Assembly: GCF_020073745.1 (NCBI RefSeq)
Contig: NZ_JAIRAU010000002.1
Span: 273,694 to 337,693, forward strand
DNA: 64,000 bases
DNA from: Nannocystis pusilla
GTDB lineage: Bacteria > Myxococcota_A > Polyangia > Nannocystales > Nannocystaceae
Direction of reading: 5' to 3'
Shown: piece by piece, positions 1 to 11,336 of the stretch
Layout: each line of letters begins with the position of its first letter
Position numbering within the stretch: the first letter of the stretch is position 1
Notes under the pieces: generated by a model
Told to the model about the DNA's origin: nothing
Seen by the model: only the letters and a program-made list of their open reading frames with translations
The model's database searches: none
Translations under genes and position numbers: made by a program

Positions 1-449
1 CGCTCGACTGGCCGGCTGCGTCGTTCGATCTGCTGTGGTCGGAGGGAGCGGCGTACCACCTGACGTTCGCGGGCGCGCTGCAGCGCTGGCGGCCGTTGCT
101 GCGCGAGGGCGGGCTCGCGGTGATCTCGGAGGCGACGTGGTTCACCGAGACGCCGACGGCGGAGGTGCGGAGGTTCTGGGCGGCGGCGTACCCGGCGATG
201 GGGACGGAGGCGACGAACACGAGGCGGGCCCGCGAGGCCGGGTTCGAGGTGCTGGCGCTGCGGCGGCTGGCGGCGCAGGCGTGGTGGGACAGCTACTACG
301 GGCCGCTGCTGCGCCGGGTGGAGGAGGTCCGGGGGTCGGCGAGCGCGGCGATGCAGGCGGCGATTCGCGAGACGGAGGCGGAGGTGGCGCTTTTCCGCGC
401 GTTCAGCGACGCGTACGGCTACGTGTTCTACGTGCTGCGCGCGGTGTGA
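1..449 (+). CDS. Class I SAM-dependent methyltransferase, C-terminal fragment; the 5' end lies outside the window (codon phase starts at nt 3)
   Basis: The frame is open from nt 3 through the stop at 447-449. The translation (LDWPAASFDLLWSEGAAYHLTFAGALQRWRPLLREGGLAVISE...) resembles the C-terminal half of small-molecule methyltransferases. High GC3. Confidence 0.55.
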   Translation, partial: LDWPAASFDLLWSEGAAYHLTFAGALQRWRPLLREGGLAVISEATWFTETPTAEVRRFWAAAYPAMGTEATNTRRAREAGFEVLALRRLAAQAWWDSYYGPLLRRVEEVRGSASAAMQAAIRETEAEVALFRAFSDAYGYVFYVLRAV

Positions 450-526
450 GGCGGGTCGGAGGAGCGTGGGGGGGGGGCCTGCGTAAAAGGACAGGTGGTC
501 GCCGCCGCCGTGCGGTCGAGCCGGAT

Positions 527-640
527 GTCCTGGAGGACATGTCAGGGCCGGGCGGTGGAGTGTCCGGAAGGACAGGTCGTGGCGAGCGCCGGGGACGAGG
601 TGAATCTGCCCTTTTGGACATGTGATTCACGCGGCGCGGG
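527..640. repeat. REP-like palindrome cluster (GGACATGTC / GGACAGGTC / GGACATGTG) overlapping the 3' tail of the PHP gene
   Basis: ggaggacatgtcagg ... ggaaggacaggtcg ... ttggacatgtgatt. Confidence 0.6.
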
Positions 641-2269
641 CGAGCGACGGCGGCGCAGGAGCAGGAGGGCCAGCAGGACGGGGGAGGGCGGGGCGACGGA
701 GCGGCAGCCGCAGCCGGTCTCGGAGGGGGTCGCGCCGGCGCTGGTGCTCGCCGGATCGGTGTCGGAGCTGGCGGTGCTGTCGGGGCCGGTCATGGGCGCG
801 TCGGTGGTCGCGTCGCCGGTGGTCGGCGACTCGGTCGAGGGACGACCGATCCACAGGTGGTTGGTGACCGTGCGCGGGGCGCCGTCGACGAGGACCTCGG
901 CGCGCCAGCGCGAGCGGCCGGCCTCGGGCGGTTCGACGGTGAACTCGTGCTCGAACGGGTCGCCGGCGACGGGTACGGCGTCGAGCGGCCAGCGGTCGCG
1001 GACGAGGCGGACGCCGGCGCCCGCCGGGGCGCCGGTGACCCGCACCTTCAAGGTGGCGAGGTCGGCGTCGAACGTGTCCCCGGGGACATGTGTCCCGGAG
1101 GACAGCTCGAGCATCGGGTCGCCCGGGCCCTGCAGCTTGACGACGGTGCGGCCGGCGCGGAGGCCGGCGAGGATGGCGTCGACGCCGAGGGTGTCGGCGT
1201 ACACGAGGGTGGTCGGGTCGCCGATCGGGCTGTCGAAGCCGCCGAGGTCGACGCCGCCCTTGTGATCGTCGCTGCCGCCGAGCGGGGCGGGGTGGTGGCC
1301 GGCGTCGCACAGGTCGTCCCAGAAGCGCATGGCGTCGTCGGTGAAGAACATGCCGGCCTTGTCGAGGCCGCCGGTGGCGATCTCGACGGCGCCGAGGCGA
1401 GCGGGGTCGAGATCCAGCTCCCAGGCGCAGCCGATGCACAGGTCGCCGAGCGCGAGCGCGGGGTGATTGGCGCTCAGCACCGCGCCCTGGAGGTCGTAGG
1501 CGTCGGCGGCGGCGGTGATGGTGACGCCGGGCTGACCGAGCTTGTGGTCGACCCACGCGGTGGCGCCGATGGCGTTCATGTGGCCGGCGTAGGTGGTGAA
1601 CTCGCAGCCGGGGACGAACAGGAGGTCGGGGTGGCGGGCCTGGGCGTCGGCGAAGAAGTCGAGGTGCGAGGTGGTGTTGTGGTCGGTGACGACCACGAAG
1701 TCGAGGCCGCGGCCGCGCGCGAACCCGGCGATGACGTCGAGGCTCGGCGAGGCGTCGCCGCTGTCGCGCGAGTGGACGTGGAAGTCGCCGGCGTACCAGC
1801 GCGGCTCGCCGCCGAGGGCGGCGGGCTGATAGGGCGCGCGCTCGGGCTGGGGCGCGAGGGTCGGGGCGTCGCGCAGGGTCACGGTGATCTCGTATTCGCC
1901 GGGCGGCGCGGCGATCTTGGCCTTGCCGACGACGACGCTCCAGGTGCCCGGAGCGATGGCTCCGGGGAGGTACGAGCGAGTGGCGGCGGCCTCGCCGACG
2001 ACGGCGTTCTCGCCGTTGCCGCCGCCCCAGCCGCGGAAGACGCCGCGCGGGTCGACGAGGCCCCAGTCGAGGATGTTGTCGTCCGAGAGGTCGTCGTGGG
2101 CGATCTCGATCTCACGCGTGCCGGGCGGGACGTCGAAGGCGACGAAGAAGTGCTCAAGGCTGTCCATCGGGACCTGTCCCTTGAGCTCCTGGACGGTGTC
2201 GGCGGCGCGCGCCGCGGCCGGCAGGACGAGCGCCGTCGACAGGGCGAGGGTGAACCGGAGGCGGGGCAT
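542..2269 (-). CDS. Secreted PHP-domain metal-dependent phosphoesterase with N-terminal signal peptide and a MYXO-CTERM-like C-terminal sorting tail
   Basis: The start MPRLRFTLALSTALVLPAAARA is a signal peptide. PHP motifs are GDFHVHSRDSGDA and VVVTDHNT. The C-terminus is ...TGCGCRSVAPPSPVLLALLLLRRRR followed by a 33-aa extension. Start chosen at the in-frame ATG at 2267-2269. Confidence 0.7.
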   Translation of the reverse strand: MPRLRFTLALSTALVLPAAARAADTVQELKGQVPMDSLEHFFVAFDVPPGTREIEIAHDDLSDDNILDWGLVDPRGVFRGWGGGNGENAVVGEAAATRSYLPGAIAPGTWSVVVGKAKIAAPPGEYEITVTLRDAPTLAPQPERAPYQPAALGGEPRWYAGDFHVHSRDSGDASPSLDVIAGFARGRGLDFVVVTDHNTTSHLDFFADAQARHPDLLFVPGCEFTTYAGHMNAIGATAWVDHKLGQPGVTITAAADAYDLQGAVLSANHPALALGDLCIGCAWELDLDPARLGAVEIATGGLDKAGMFFTDDAMRFWDDLCDAGHHPAPLGGSDDHKGGVDLGGFDSPIGDPTTLVYADTLGVDAILAGLRAGRTVVKLQGPGDPMLELSSGTHVPGDTFDADLATLKVRVTGAPAGAGVRLVRDRWPLDAVPVAGDPFEHEFTVEPPEAGRSRWRAEVLVDGAPRTVTNHLWIGRPSTESPTTGDATTDAPMTGPDSTASSDTDPASTSAGATPSETGCGCRSVAPPSPVLLALLLLRRRRSPAPRESHVQKGRFTSSPALATTCPSGHSTARP

Positions 2270-2348
2270 GGGGCACGATAGCGCGTCGGCGAGGGGCGCG
2301 GACCCGGGCCGTCGCGGCGGGCCGGGGCGAGCGGTACACTGCGCCGCG

Positions 2349-3455
2349 ATGGCCGAGCGCGACCCTGAATCCCCCGTGGCCCTCGGCGAGGGCAAGCTGA
2401 CCTTCCCGTGCGAGCAGTGCGGCTCGGCGCTCGAATACTCGCCCGGCTCGGACCACCTGGGCTGCAACCACTGCGGCCACTCGCAGGCGATCCAGGGCGA
2501 GAAGGCGGTGCTGGAACATGACTTTCAGGACATGTTGCAGCGGATCGCGCGGGCGCCGGCGACGTCGCTCGGCGAGCACACGGTCCAGTGCGAGGGCTGC
2601 GGCGCGCAGGCGATGATGGCCGGCCAGGCGGGCCGCTGCGCGTTCTGCGGCGGGCCGGTGGTGATGGACGTGAAGGAGCTCGGCGAGATCGTGCCGCCGG
2701 AGTCGCTGCTGCCGTTCGGCATCGACGGCAAGAAGGCGCGCGAGGCGTTCCAGACGTGGGTCGGCAAGCTGTGGTTCGCGCCGGGCGACCTCAAGCGGCT
2801 GGCGCAGGTCCACGGGATCGACGGCGTCTACCTGCCGTACTGGACCTACGACTCGCAGACGACCACCCGCTACAAGGGGCTGCGCGGCGACCACTACTAC
2901 GTGACCGAGTCGTACACCGACGCGCAGGGCAACCGGCAGACGCGGCAGGTGCAGAAGACGCGCTGGAGCCCCGCCGGCGGGACGGTCGAGGTCGAGTTCG
3001 ACGACGTGCTGGTGTGCGCGTCGCCGACGCTGCCGCGGCCGTTGATCGAGAAGCTCGAGCCGTGGGACCTCGACAACCTGCGCGGCTTCGATGCCGCCTA
3101 CCTCAGCGGCTTCATCGCCGAGCGCTACCGGATCGGGCTCGAGGACGGGTTCCAGATCGCCGACGAGCGCATGCAGCCGCGCATCCGCTCCGCCATCCGC
3201 AGCGACATCGGCGGCGACGTGCAGCAGATCCTGTCGATGTCGGTGCGCCACGCGGAGGTGAAGTGCAAGCACGTCCTGCTGCCGCTGTGGATCTCGAGCT
3301 TCCGCTACAAGGAGAAGGTCTACCGCTTCATCATCAACGCCCGCACGGGCGAGGTCGCCGGCGAGCGGCCGTGGAGCGTGGCCAAGATCGTCCTGACGGT
3401 GCTGCTGGCGGCGGCGGCGATCGCGGCGATCGTGGTGCTGGTCAAGTCGCGCTGA
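2349..3455 (+). CDS. Hypothetical protein with two zinc-ribbon motifs (CEQCG...CNHCGH; CEGCG...CAFCGG) and a C-terminal transmembrane helix
   Basis: ORF 1884..3455 trimmed to the internal ATG (MAERDPES...) just downstream of the divergent neighbour. Paired CxxC motifs. Hydrophobic tail IVLTVLLAAAAIAAIVVLV. Confidence 0.55.
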   Translation: MAERDPESPVALGEGKLTFPCEQCGSALEYSPGSDHLGCNHCGHSQAIQGEKAVLEHDFQDMLQRIARAPATSLGEHTVQCEGCGAQAMMAGQAGRCAFCGGPVVMDVKELGEIVPPESLLPFGIDGKKAREAFQTWVGKLWFAPGDLKRLAQVHGIDGVYLPYWTYDSQTTTRYKGLRGDHYYVTESYTDAQGNRQTRQVQKTRWSPAGGTVEVEFDDVLVCASPTLPRPLIEKLEPWDLDNLRGFDAAYLSGFIAERYRIGLEDGFQIADERMQPRIRSAIRSDIGGDVQQILSMSVRHAEVKCKHVLLPLWISSFRYKEKVYRFIINARTGEVAGERPWSVAKIVLTVLLAAAAIAAIVVLVKSR

Positions 3456-3489
3456 CGCGGCCGCAGTCCTCGATCGCGCCCCGTAGCCG

Positions 3490-3545
3490 TCGGCTCCTGG
3501 GGACATGTCCTCAGGAGCATGGCCCCGGACACCTGTCCGTGAGGT
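3490..3545. repeat. REP-like palindromes between convergent genes
   Basis: ggggacatgtcctcaggagcatggccccggacacctgtccgtgagg. Confidence 0.7.
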
Positions 3546-4468
3546 CATCCGTGCGGGGAGCGGTGCCAGGTGTCGACGAGCGGGCGGATGGCGGCCAGGA
3601 TCTCGGCGTGGTGCGGGCCGTGCGAGGCGACGAGGCCGTTGTCGTGGCCGAGCCGGCGCGGGTCGTAGACCAGCGGGTTGCCCCATAGATCGGTGGCGAC
3701 GCCGCCGACGGCCCGCAGCAGGGCCCAGGGCGCGCAGGTGTCCCACAGCTTGGTGCCGCTGCGCGGGTGCACGTAGAGGTCGGCCTCGCCGCGGGCGATG
3801 GTGCCCACCTTCACGCCGACGGAGCCGAGTCGGAGGTTGCGCTCGGGCGGGATGCCCAGCGCCTGCATGACCTCGAGGGTCTTGGGGGAGGCGTGACTCA
3901 GGCTGCTGACGAGGCGCAGCTCGGCGAGCGAGCGCGCGCTGGTCCGCAGCGGGCTGGCCGCGCCGCCGTCGTCGAGGGTGAAGGCCTCGCGCCGGTCAGG
4001 CGTACAGATGCCCCAGGACAGTCGTCCGGCGCCCGCCTCGTGGACGACCCCGAGCACCGGTTCGCCGGCGACGCAGAGGCCGATCTGGATCGCCCAGCAG
4101 GTCTCGCCGCGCGCGTACTCGGCGGTGCCGTCGATCGGGTCGACGTACCAGCAGCGCGGCACGCCGGCGGCTGCTGCGGCGTCGTCGGAGGACTCCTCGG
4201 CGACCACGGCGTCGGCGGGGAACGCCGCCTTGAGCGCCGCGACCAGGCGCGCGTTGATCTCGGTGTCCGCGCGCGTCACCGGCCCGGCGTCGTCGGGCTT
4301 GTCCCGGGCCTGCATGACGTCGGCACCACCTGTCTGATAGGCCAGGGCAGTGGCGCCGGCTTCGCGAGCGAGAGAGAGGACGAGTCGGAGCTCATGGTCG
4401 AAAGTGGCCACGCGGAAACCCTTTCCGGCGCCCTCGGGCGCTCTCTGAACTGGCTGGAGAGATCTCAC
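3545..4468 (-). CDS. Inositol monophosphatase / CysQ-family 3'(2'),5'-bisphosphate nucleotidase
   Basis: Family motifs EESSDD, WYVDPIDGT and WDTCAPWALLRAVGG. GTG start at 4468; a later start is possible. Confidence 0.75.
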   Translation of the reverse strand: MRSLQPVQRAPEGAGKGFRVATFDHELRLVLSLAREAGATALAYQTGGADVMQARDKPDDAGPVTRADTEINARLVAALKAAFPADAVVAEESSDDAAAAAGVPRCWYVDPIDGTAEYARGETCWAIQIGLCVAGEPVLGVVHEAGAGRLSWGICTPDRREAFTLDDGGAASPLRTSARSLAELRLVSSLSHASPKTLEVMQALGIPPERNLRLGSVGVKVGTIARGEADLYVHPRSGTKLWDTCAPWALLRAVGGVATDLWGNPLVYDPRRLGHDNGLVASHGPHHAEILAAIRPLVDTWHRSPHG

Positions 4469-4469
4469 T

Positions 4470-4681
4470 GATGACCCGGCGAGAACCTGATTATCAGGGG
4501 ATGCCTGGCGGGTGGGCTGTTCATCTGTAACCTAGCGACAAAACAATGAAAATCAGCCCATGCCTGAGGCTGGCATTTTTCTCGCTGAACGGCATTTTTG
4601 GGGGTTACGAACCTTGTTCCAAGTTGCGCCCCCGGAAAATCCAAGGTTCCTTCGGACAAAAAAACCTGCTAGTCATGAGGA
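4470..4681. promoter_or_regulatory. Low-GC intergenic island containing the tetR-family gene promoter/operator region
   Basis: A marked GC dip (AT-rich runs such as ctagcgacaaaacaatgaaaatcagcc, tttttctcgctgaacggcatttttggggg) between two genes in an otherwise ~70% GC sequence, immediately 5' of the TetR CDS. Confidence 0.4.
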
Positions 4682-5293
4682 ATGTCACGTGTTCAGCGAG
4701 CAGGCCTACGACAGGGAATCATCCAAACCAGTCTCGAGATCGGGAGCGAACGCGGTGAAGAAGGGCTGACGATGCGCGGCATCGCAGCACGCCTCGGGGT
4801 CAGCGCCACGGCGCTTTATCAGCACTTCGAGAGTAAATCGAAGATCCTCCGCGAGATCCGGATCTACGGGGCCGAACTGCTGCAGAGCGAAGTATTGGAG
4901 CCCGCAGCGGCGACCGACGACCCGGCAGAGCGCCTCATCAACGCCGGCCGCAACTATGTGCAGTTCGCAAGATCGCACAAGTGGCTGTACTCGGTGATGA
5001 TGGGTAACGAGCAGATCGACTGGTCGCAGCACAACACCGAGGAGGTGGAGCTGCTCCTGCGTCCGCTCAAGACGTTCCAGGGGTGGCTGGAGGAGGGCGC
5101 GGCGCGCGGCTGTTGGCGCGGCGACGTCGACCTCTCGCTGGCGTCGTTCCGCATCTGGATGTCGCTGCACGGGCTGTGCACGATGCTGCTGTCGGGGCGC
5201 ATCAACGAGGGCCATCCGGCGTTCCCCCGCAAGGACGAGCAGAGCTTCGTCGACGAGTTCATCGCCTCGATGATCGCCTGTATGAAGCCCTGA
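4682..5293 (+). CDS. TetR/AcrR family transcriptional regulator
   Basis: N-terminal HTH LTMRGIAARLGVSATALYQHFESK. ~200 aa with a TetR-like C-terminal ligand domain. Confidence 0.85.
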   Translation: MSRVQRAGLRQGIIQTSLEIGSERGEEGLTMRGIAARLGVSATALYQHFESKSKILREIRIYGAELLQSEVLEPAAATDDPAERLINAGRNYVQFARSHKWLYSVMMGNEQIDWSQHNTEEVELLLRPLKTFQGWLEEGAARGCWRGDVDLSLASFRIWMSLHGLCTMLLSGRINEGHPAFPRKDEQSFVDEFIASMIACMKP

Positions 5294-5300
5294 GCCGGCC

Positions 5301-6140
5301 TCACGCGGGTACGAAGCAGGCCCCAGCGTTCTCGTAACCCGGGGCCGGAGCGGGGAACAGACTCTCACACAGCGAGGGCGACGCGCACTGGCCGTCGCCC
5401 TCGCTGATCTCGCACGTGGAGGTGCAGCAGCTGCTCGAGCCGCAATTGGGTACGAGAGCGCCGGGCATGCATACGTATGTCGGGGCGCACCCGCGGCCGT
5501 TGAACTCCGAGCAGTTGGTGCCCTCGGTGCCGATGTCGACGTCGAGCATCATGTCGCAGATGAAGCGGTCCTTGCCCTGCCGACAGCCGAGGCCGGGCGG
5601 ACAGGTGCCCACGAAGGGATCACAGCTGTCCGCGCAGAAGGTCGTGCCGGTGAACGGGCTGGTGCTGCACAGGCCGGGCTCGCAGTCGACGTCGTTGCGA
5701 CAGAGCGGGAAGCAGCGGCCCGCGAGCGGGTCGTCCTGGGTCGACGAGAGGCACACCGTGCCGGCGCCGCACTGGTCCTGGCCGCTCTCGGGCGCAGGCG
5801 TGCAGGGATCGAGCGGCAGCAGCGCGCTGTCGTCGGGGACGCACTTGAAGTGGTTCTGCAGGCCGCCGTCGCTGACGGCGGTGCACTTCTGTCCCATCGG
5901 ACATGCGGGCGTTCCGGACGGTTCACAGTCGAAGACCGGGGTGAAGTCGGGCGGCTGTTGCGGGCCGCCCGTCGGCTCGGTGTCGGACTCGGTCTCGCCG
6001 CCGCTGCTGCCGACCTCGTCGTTGCCGGCGCTGTCGCCGTCGTCGAAGGGGACGCGCTGACATGCCCCGGCGAGCATGAACACAAGGACAGGTGCGAGGC
6101 GAGCGGCGGCGACGCCGGGGCGGAGGTGCGCGGCGAACAT
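5301..6140 (-). CDS. Cys-rich secreted lipoprotein (about 40 Cys in 279 aa, acidic N-terminal linker)
   Basis: Start MFAAHLRPGVAAARLAPVLVFMLAGAC has a lipobox. Repeated CxxxxC/CxxGxxC patterns. The ORF-track ORF 5301..7028 was trimmed to this ATG. Confidence 0.6.
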   Translation of the reverse strand: MFAAHLRPGVAAARLAPVLVFMLAGACQRVPFDDGDSAGNDEVGSSGGETESDTEPTGGPQQPPDFTPVFDCEPSGTPACPMGQKCTAVSDGGLQNHFKCVPDDSALLPLDPCTPAPESGQDQCGAGTVCLSSTQDDPLAGRCFPLCRNDVDCEPGLCSTSPFTGTTFCADSCDPFVGTCPPGLGCRQGKDRFICDMMLDVDIGTEGTNCSEFNGRGCAPTYVCMPGALVPNCGSSSCCTSTCEISEGDGQCASPSLCESLFPAPAPGYENAGACFVPA

Positions 6141-6336
6141 GGGCTCACAGTAGCAGGTGAGCGCGTGCCCGGCCCGACGCCGGCAGGCGCGAGCCGAGCA
6201 CGTCCGATCGCGGACGGGTGGCGTGCTCGCTCCTGTGCGCAGGGAGGTCGAGCGATCGGACAGGCGGACGCTTGAGCGGACAGGTGGACGGCGGGGAGGA
6301 TGGCGATGCCCGACGTCGAGGTCATCGTCGGCGAGA

Positions 6337-6510
6337 GATCGCGGACGAACTGGTTTCGGTGGACGCGAGATCGCGGACGAACTGGTTTCGGTGGACGCGA
6401 CGATCGCGGACGAACTGGTTTGGCGGACGCGACGATCGCGGGCGAACTGGTTTCGGTGGACGCGACGATCGCGGACGACCTGGTTTGGCGGACGCGGCGA
6501 TCGCGGACGA
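6337..6510. repeat. Tandem direct repeat, 5-6 copies of a 32-33 bp unit (consensus gatcgcggacgaactggtttcggtggacgcgac)
   Basis: Read directly. Units start at about 6337, 6369, 6402, 6434, 6467 and 6499; the last is degenerate. Lies in the intergenic region between the HEPN gene's 3' end and the Cys-rich lipoprotein gene's 5' end. There are no spacers, so it is not CRISPR. Confidence 0.8.
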
Positions 6511-6568
6511 GTGCGTCCGTGCCGGATCGAACGGACGATGTCCCCGGCGGGAGCGCGGCGGGCGAACG

Positions 6569-7054
6569 CTACAGCGCGGCGGTCCGCAGGTCGTCGATCG
6601 CGGTCGCGCAGGCGTGGACGATGGCGCGCGCGTGGTCGAGGCCCTGCTGGGCGGCGTGGTTGGGGCCGCGGTGGAGCTGGACCAGGACCTCGGCGCCGGA
6701 GGAGCCGGCCGTGAGCACCACCGGGATGGCCATGAGGGCGCGGGCGGCCTCGGCGGCGCGGGTGGCGAGGGGGACCAGGTTCTCGGGGGTGCTGTCGCCG
6801 AGCAGCCGCAGGTGGTCGACGTAGCTGCGACCCCAGCGGGTCTCGGCGGCGGCGAGGGCGTCGGGGCTGCCCTGTGCGCGCGCCCAGGCGACCAGGACGG
6901 CGTTGAGGGCCATGCCGGCAGCCCGGCGGGCGTGGGTGAGGGCGGTGCGGCGGACGGCCACGTGGTCGGCCCCGGCCTCGAGCTCGCTGAGGGCGGAGCG
7001 CAGCCACGCGTCCGCGTCGAGGCGCCACAGCCAGTGGGCCTCGGCCTCGGTCAT
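6569..7054 (-). CDS. HEPN-domain protein
   Basis: 161 aa; R-x4-H motif (VRRTALTHARRAAGMALNAVL) in an all-helical context. The ATG overlaps the upstream gene's stop (ATGA). Confidence 0.55.
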   Translation of the reverse strand: MTEAEAHWLWRLDADAWLRSALSELEAGADHVAVRRTALTHARRAAGMALNAVLVAWARAQGSPDALAAAETRWGRSYVDHLRLLGDSTPENLVPLATRAAEAARALMAIPVVLTAGSSGAEVLVQLHRGPNHAAQQGLDHARAIVHACATAIDDLRTAAL

Positions 7055-7596
7055 CCCGAGCTCCCCGAGCTGGTCGAGTCGGTGTCGCCGGTCGAACCGG
7101 TGGTGGTCGTCGTCGTCGAGCCGGACGAGGTCGAGCCGGTGGTGGTCGTGCTCGTGTCGGTGGTCGAGGTGGTGTCGTCGGTCGTCGTCGAGGTCGACGT
7201 GGTCGTCGTGTCGGTCGTGCCGGTCATCGACGAGGCGGTGGTGCCGTCGGTCGGGCCGCTGTCGCTCTCGCTGAGGCTGTTGCTGCCGGGGCCGGCGAGG
7301 TCGCGCTTCGACGGCAGGTCGTCGCGCACGGGCATCTCGTCGAGCGGCTCGCCGGCGGAGTCGGTGTCGATGCTCTCGGCGACGACGCACTGACCGATGA
7401 CGCCGGGCTTGAAGCAGGCGTCGCCGGCGAGGACCTTCTCGCCCTCGGCGTAGCACTCGAAGCCGGCTCCGCAGTCGCTGGCGCAGCGGCACGGATCGCC
7501 GGCCTTGGTGCGGCAGGCCGCGAGCGCGAACAGGGCGGCCAGCGCGACGCCGGTGGCGACGTCGTGCGGCCTGCGGCGCGGGCGAGGCGACCTCAT
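7051..7596 (-). CDS. Lipoprotein with a Cys-rich domain and a long Thr/Ser-rich C-terminal tail
   Basis: Lipobox LAALFALAAC. Cys-rich segment CRCASDCGAGFECYAEGEKVLAGDACFKPGVIGQC. Poly-T/S tail. 4-bp overlap with the HEPN gene. Confidence 0.6.
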   Translation of the reverse strand: MRSPRPRRRPHDVATGVALAALFALAACRTKAGDPCRCASDCGAGFECYAEGEKVLAGDACFKPGVIGQCVVAESIDTDSAGEPLDEMPVRDDLPSKRDLAGPGSNSLSESDSGPTDGTTASSMTGTTDTTTTSTSTTTDDTTSTTDTSTTTTGSTSSGSTTTTTTGSTGDTDSTSSGSSG

Positions 7597-8077
7597 GAGA
7601 TGGCCTTGTACTCGACGTGGACGACCTCGTATTCCCGGTCGCCCTTGGGCAGCTTGACCAGGACCTCGTCGCCGACCCGCTTGCCCAGCATGGCGCGGGC
7701 GATCGGGGCGCCGAGCGAGATCTTGCCCTTGTCGGCGTCGGACTCGTCCTCGCCGACGATCCGGTAGACGACCTTCTGGTCGTTCTCGACGTCGAGCATC
7801 GTCACGGTGGCGCCGAAGGTGACCTTGTCTTCCTTGACGGTCTCGGGGTCGATGACCTGGGCCATGCCGATGCGCGACTCGAGGTAGCGCATGCGGGCGT
7901 CGAGCTGGGCCTGGCGCTCCTTGGCGGCGTGGTACTCGGCGTTCTCACGCAGGTCGCCGTGGCCGAGCGCGGTCTCGATGTCGCGGACGTTCTCGGGGCG
8001 GTCGACTTCCTTGATCTGCTTGAGCTCGGCGCGCAGCTTGGCGTACCCCGCGGGGGTCATCGGGATCTTCTGCTCGG

Positions 8078-8081
<4 letters not shown>
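7593..8081 (-). CDS. greA: Transcription elongation factor GreA
   Basis: Full-length GreA-like sequence ([26 protein letters not shown]...EYKAIS). Sits next to carB, as in many bacteria. Confidence 0.9.
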
Positions 8082-11332
<3,251 letters not shown>

Positions 11333-11336
11333 GACT

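Noticed and set aside
6337-6510. Possible CRISPR array
   Set aside because: The units are contiguous 32-33-bp direct repeats with no unique spacers, and no cas genes are nearby.
6569-7054. HEPN/MNT toxin-antitoxin pair
   Set aside because: No nucleotidyltransferase gene is adjacent. The only coupled gene is a lipoprotein.
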